Virus record (IMG/VR): IMGVR_UViG_3300032305_001156
Coordinates: 1-27,437 of that record
DNA from: a virus
Taxonomy: Duplodnaviria; Caudoviricetes
Length of the DNA stretch: 27,437 nucleotides
Strand: one strand, 5' to 3'
Part shown: one piece after another, positions 25,970 through 27,437 of the stretch
Layout: each line of letters starts with the position of its first letter
Position numbering within the stretch: position 1 is the stretch's first letter
Notes under the pieces: model-generated
Databases searched by the model: none
What the model was told of the DNA's origin: nothing
Seen by the model: only the letters and a program-made list of their open reading frames with translations
Program-made: the position numbers and the translations under genes

Positions 25970-26566
25970 TTATTTTTTTAAGTAATTGATCATTCTTTGG
26001 AGAGTTTCTATACTGTCTTTGGCATTGCCTAGAGCAGCGTTACAGTGGTGACATAGCAAACCTCTAACACATTTTCCACAAGAACTACTTCCAGGACAGC
26101 ATTCATGATCATGATCTACAGATAGTCGCTTCCTGTATGTGCTTTCTTTTAAACCACAAATCCTACATCCATAGTCTTGATCTTCTAGCATTTTATGATA
26201 TTGCTCCATCGTTAATCCATATCTTTCGATATTTCTTGTATGTGCAAGTATAGGAGCACAGGTAAGACAGTATGATAATCCTTTGTATTGGCTCTTTTTA
26301 GATGATTTCATTTGATCTTCTTCAAAGTATCCCCCGCAATTTCTACAATGTATATTTCCATGTTCATCTAACTTCCGTGGAAAAATACGTTTTGGATCAT
26401 TTTCTACAATATCATAATTTTTTACACAAGCCTTACACCAAGGCTTTAAACCATCCTGTGCTTTAGAGTACTTGTGGAAATCAGGTGTCTCTTTGTACTC
26501 CTGGCAATTTGTACATTGCTTTAAACCGTTTTCGTTATATTGGACTCGTGTGTATTGTTTTCTCAT
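25970..26566 (-). CDS. Endonuclease VII-family (HNH) nuclease with two N-terminal Zn-finger repeats
   Basis: YGLTMEQY..ML..Q...CRIC...LSVDHDH.CC....SCGKCVRGLLCHHCN.ALG; N-term CxxC...CxxC twice. Confidence 0.88.
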   Translation of the reverse strand: MRKQYTRVQYNENGLKQCTNCQEYKETPDFHKYSKAQDGLKPWCKACVKNYDIVENDPKRIFPRKLDEHGNIHCRNCGGYFEEDQMKSSKKSQYKGLSYCLTCAPILAHTRNIERYGLTMEQYHKMLEDQDYGCRICGLKESTYRKRLSVDHDHECCPGSSSCGKCVRGLLCHHCNAALGNAKDSIETLQRMINYLKK

Positions 26567-26751
26567 AATATAAGTATAGCATAAAATTCAGATATCTTCA
26601 GATTTCTATATTGACACTTTTTGGAATATTTTGTCCATGTGTATGATGCAGCATTTGAAAACATATGGGGTAAAAATATAGTGAGCACATAGACGTCCCA
26701 AAATTTTAGCGTTATTTTATTTTTAATTTAAATTATTTTAATTTAATTTAG

Positions 26752-26795
26752 TAGGTGGCACCAATAGTTTTTTATTTAACTACTGGCACCTACCT
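26752..26795 (-). terminator. Long stem-loop in AT-rich intergenic region, probable terminator
   Basis: Minus-strand RNA GGUGCCAGUAGUU pairs with AACUAUUGGUGCC (with G-U pairs) and extends further; no clean U-tract. Confidence 0.45.
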
Positions 26796-26816
26796 AATAA
26801 ATTTTACTGGGTGGTG

Positions 26817-27107
26817 TTAACTAGATTTACTTAGTATAGGTACAACTTTTCGATCTACCCACGCTTTCATTTTTTCAGTGTCTTTGGCTTGTTTTAGGTC
26901 GATGCTAGTGATACCTAAATCTCTAACTACTTTGCTAGTTTCTACTACAATAGTTTTAGCGAATGCAACACCTAAAAGTTTTAACCCTAAAGGAATTGCA
27001 ACCACCGCGCCTATTGTTAGCACTAGTATCATGATAGCCATGAAGATAAGTGAGTATTGGACAACATTAGCAAACCACTCGAATGGTGCAGAAATAAAAT
27101 CAAACAT
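26817..27107 (-). CDS. Hypothetical membrane protein
   Basis: Long hydrophobic segment; SD AAGGAG directly upstream. Confidence 0.65.
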   Translation of the reverse strand: MFDFISAPFEWFANVVQYSLIFMAIMILVLTIGAVVAIPLGLKLLGVAFAKTIVVETSKVVRDLGITSIDLKQAKDTEKMKAWVDRKVVPILSKSS

Positions 27108-27115
27108 AAATCTCC

Positions 27116-27319
27116 TTAGGCAGATGTAGTGAGTGTTGATGTAGGGGTAAGTGAGTCTAGGTAATCTTGGCGTACCTTAGACATAACTCTATCTATTTGT
27201 GCGTATGCATTAGCGCAGTTATAGCAATAGGTTTCAGTGTTGATGCCTAACATAAAGGCATCAGTGCCACTATAGACTAGTTCGGTTGATTCGCAGTTTT
27301 TGACTTGGCATGTTTTCAT
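27116..27319 (-). CDS. Small putative Zn-binding protein
   Basis: CxxxxC...CxxC in 67 aa. Confidence 0.6.
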   Translation of the reverse strand: MKTCQVKNCESTELVYSGTDAFMLGINTETYCYNCANAYAQIDRVMSKVRQDYLDSLTPTSTLTTSA

Positions 27320-27323
27320 TTAT

Positions 27324-27428
27324 TTATCTCTTTTCTTTTGTGCATGAGCAGGGGTTGATTGTTATTTGTTTATTCTTTTTTGTAACTATTGCAAGCGTGT
27401 TACATGATGAGCATAAGTATAAGTGCAT
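27324..27428 (-). CDS. Very small putative Zn-ribbon protein, 34 aa (not in ORF track)
   Basis: MHLYLCSSCNTLAIVTKKNKQITINPCSCTKEKR; stop lies 4 nt before the next ATG. Confidence 0.45.
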   Translation of the reverse strand: MHLYLCSSCNTLAIVTKKNKQITINPCSCTKEKR

Positions 27429-27437
27429 TAGAATTCA

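Noticed and set aside
26611-26647. Perfect TTGACA as a plus-strand promoter
   Set aside because: No acceptable -10 at 16-18 nt spacing and no plus-strand gene downstream.
1-27437. tRNA, rRNA, integrase or transposase genes
   Set aside because: None recognised; intergenic gaps are short or AT-rich with no cloverleaf or T-loop motif seen.

Overview
AT-rich fragment of a tailed dsDNA phage genome, almost entirely coded on the minus strand. An actinobacterial host (plausibly freshwater) is inferred from gene types and leaderless-type promoters, not proven. Left to right it holds: the 5' part of a class II (B12-dependent) ribonucleotide reductase; an SDR; seven P4H-like 2OG-Fe(II) oxygenases interleaved with two DUF6065-like genes; an FN3 protein ending in a ([12 protein letters not shown])n tract and a C-x15-C motif; tail-fibre/baseplate-like genes; a divergent lysozyme-like gene; a second cassette (GT60/Gnt1-like GlcNAc transferase, GT-A glycosyltransferase, two copies of [small Cys-rich protein + 2OG oxygenase]) directly downstream of a second fibre-like protein with Thr-Pro tracts, six C-x15-C motifs and PPYFV/PPFF tracts; collagen-like and adaptor genes; a membrane protein; a DHH-like protein; an endonuclease VII-like protein; and small ORFs. 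Main candidate novelty: a phage-encoded post-translational modification system (proline hydroxylation plus O-glycosylation) acting on Pro/aromatic-rich virion proteins, with the substrate-then-enzymes layout occurring twice. Family assignments come from motif recognition by eye, not database searches.
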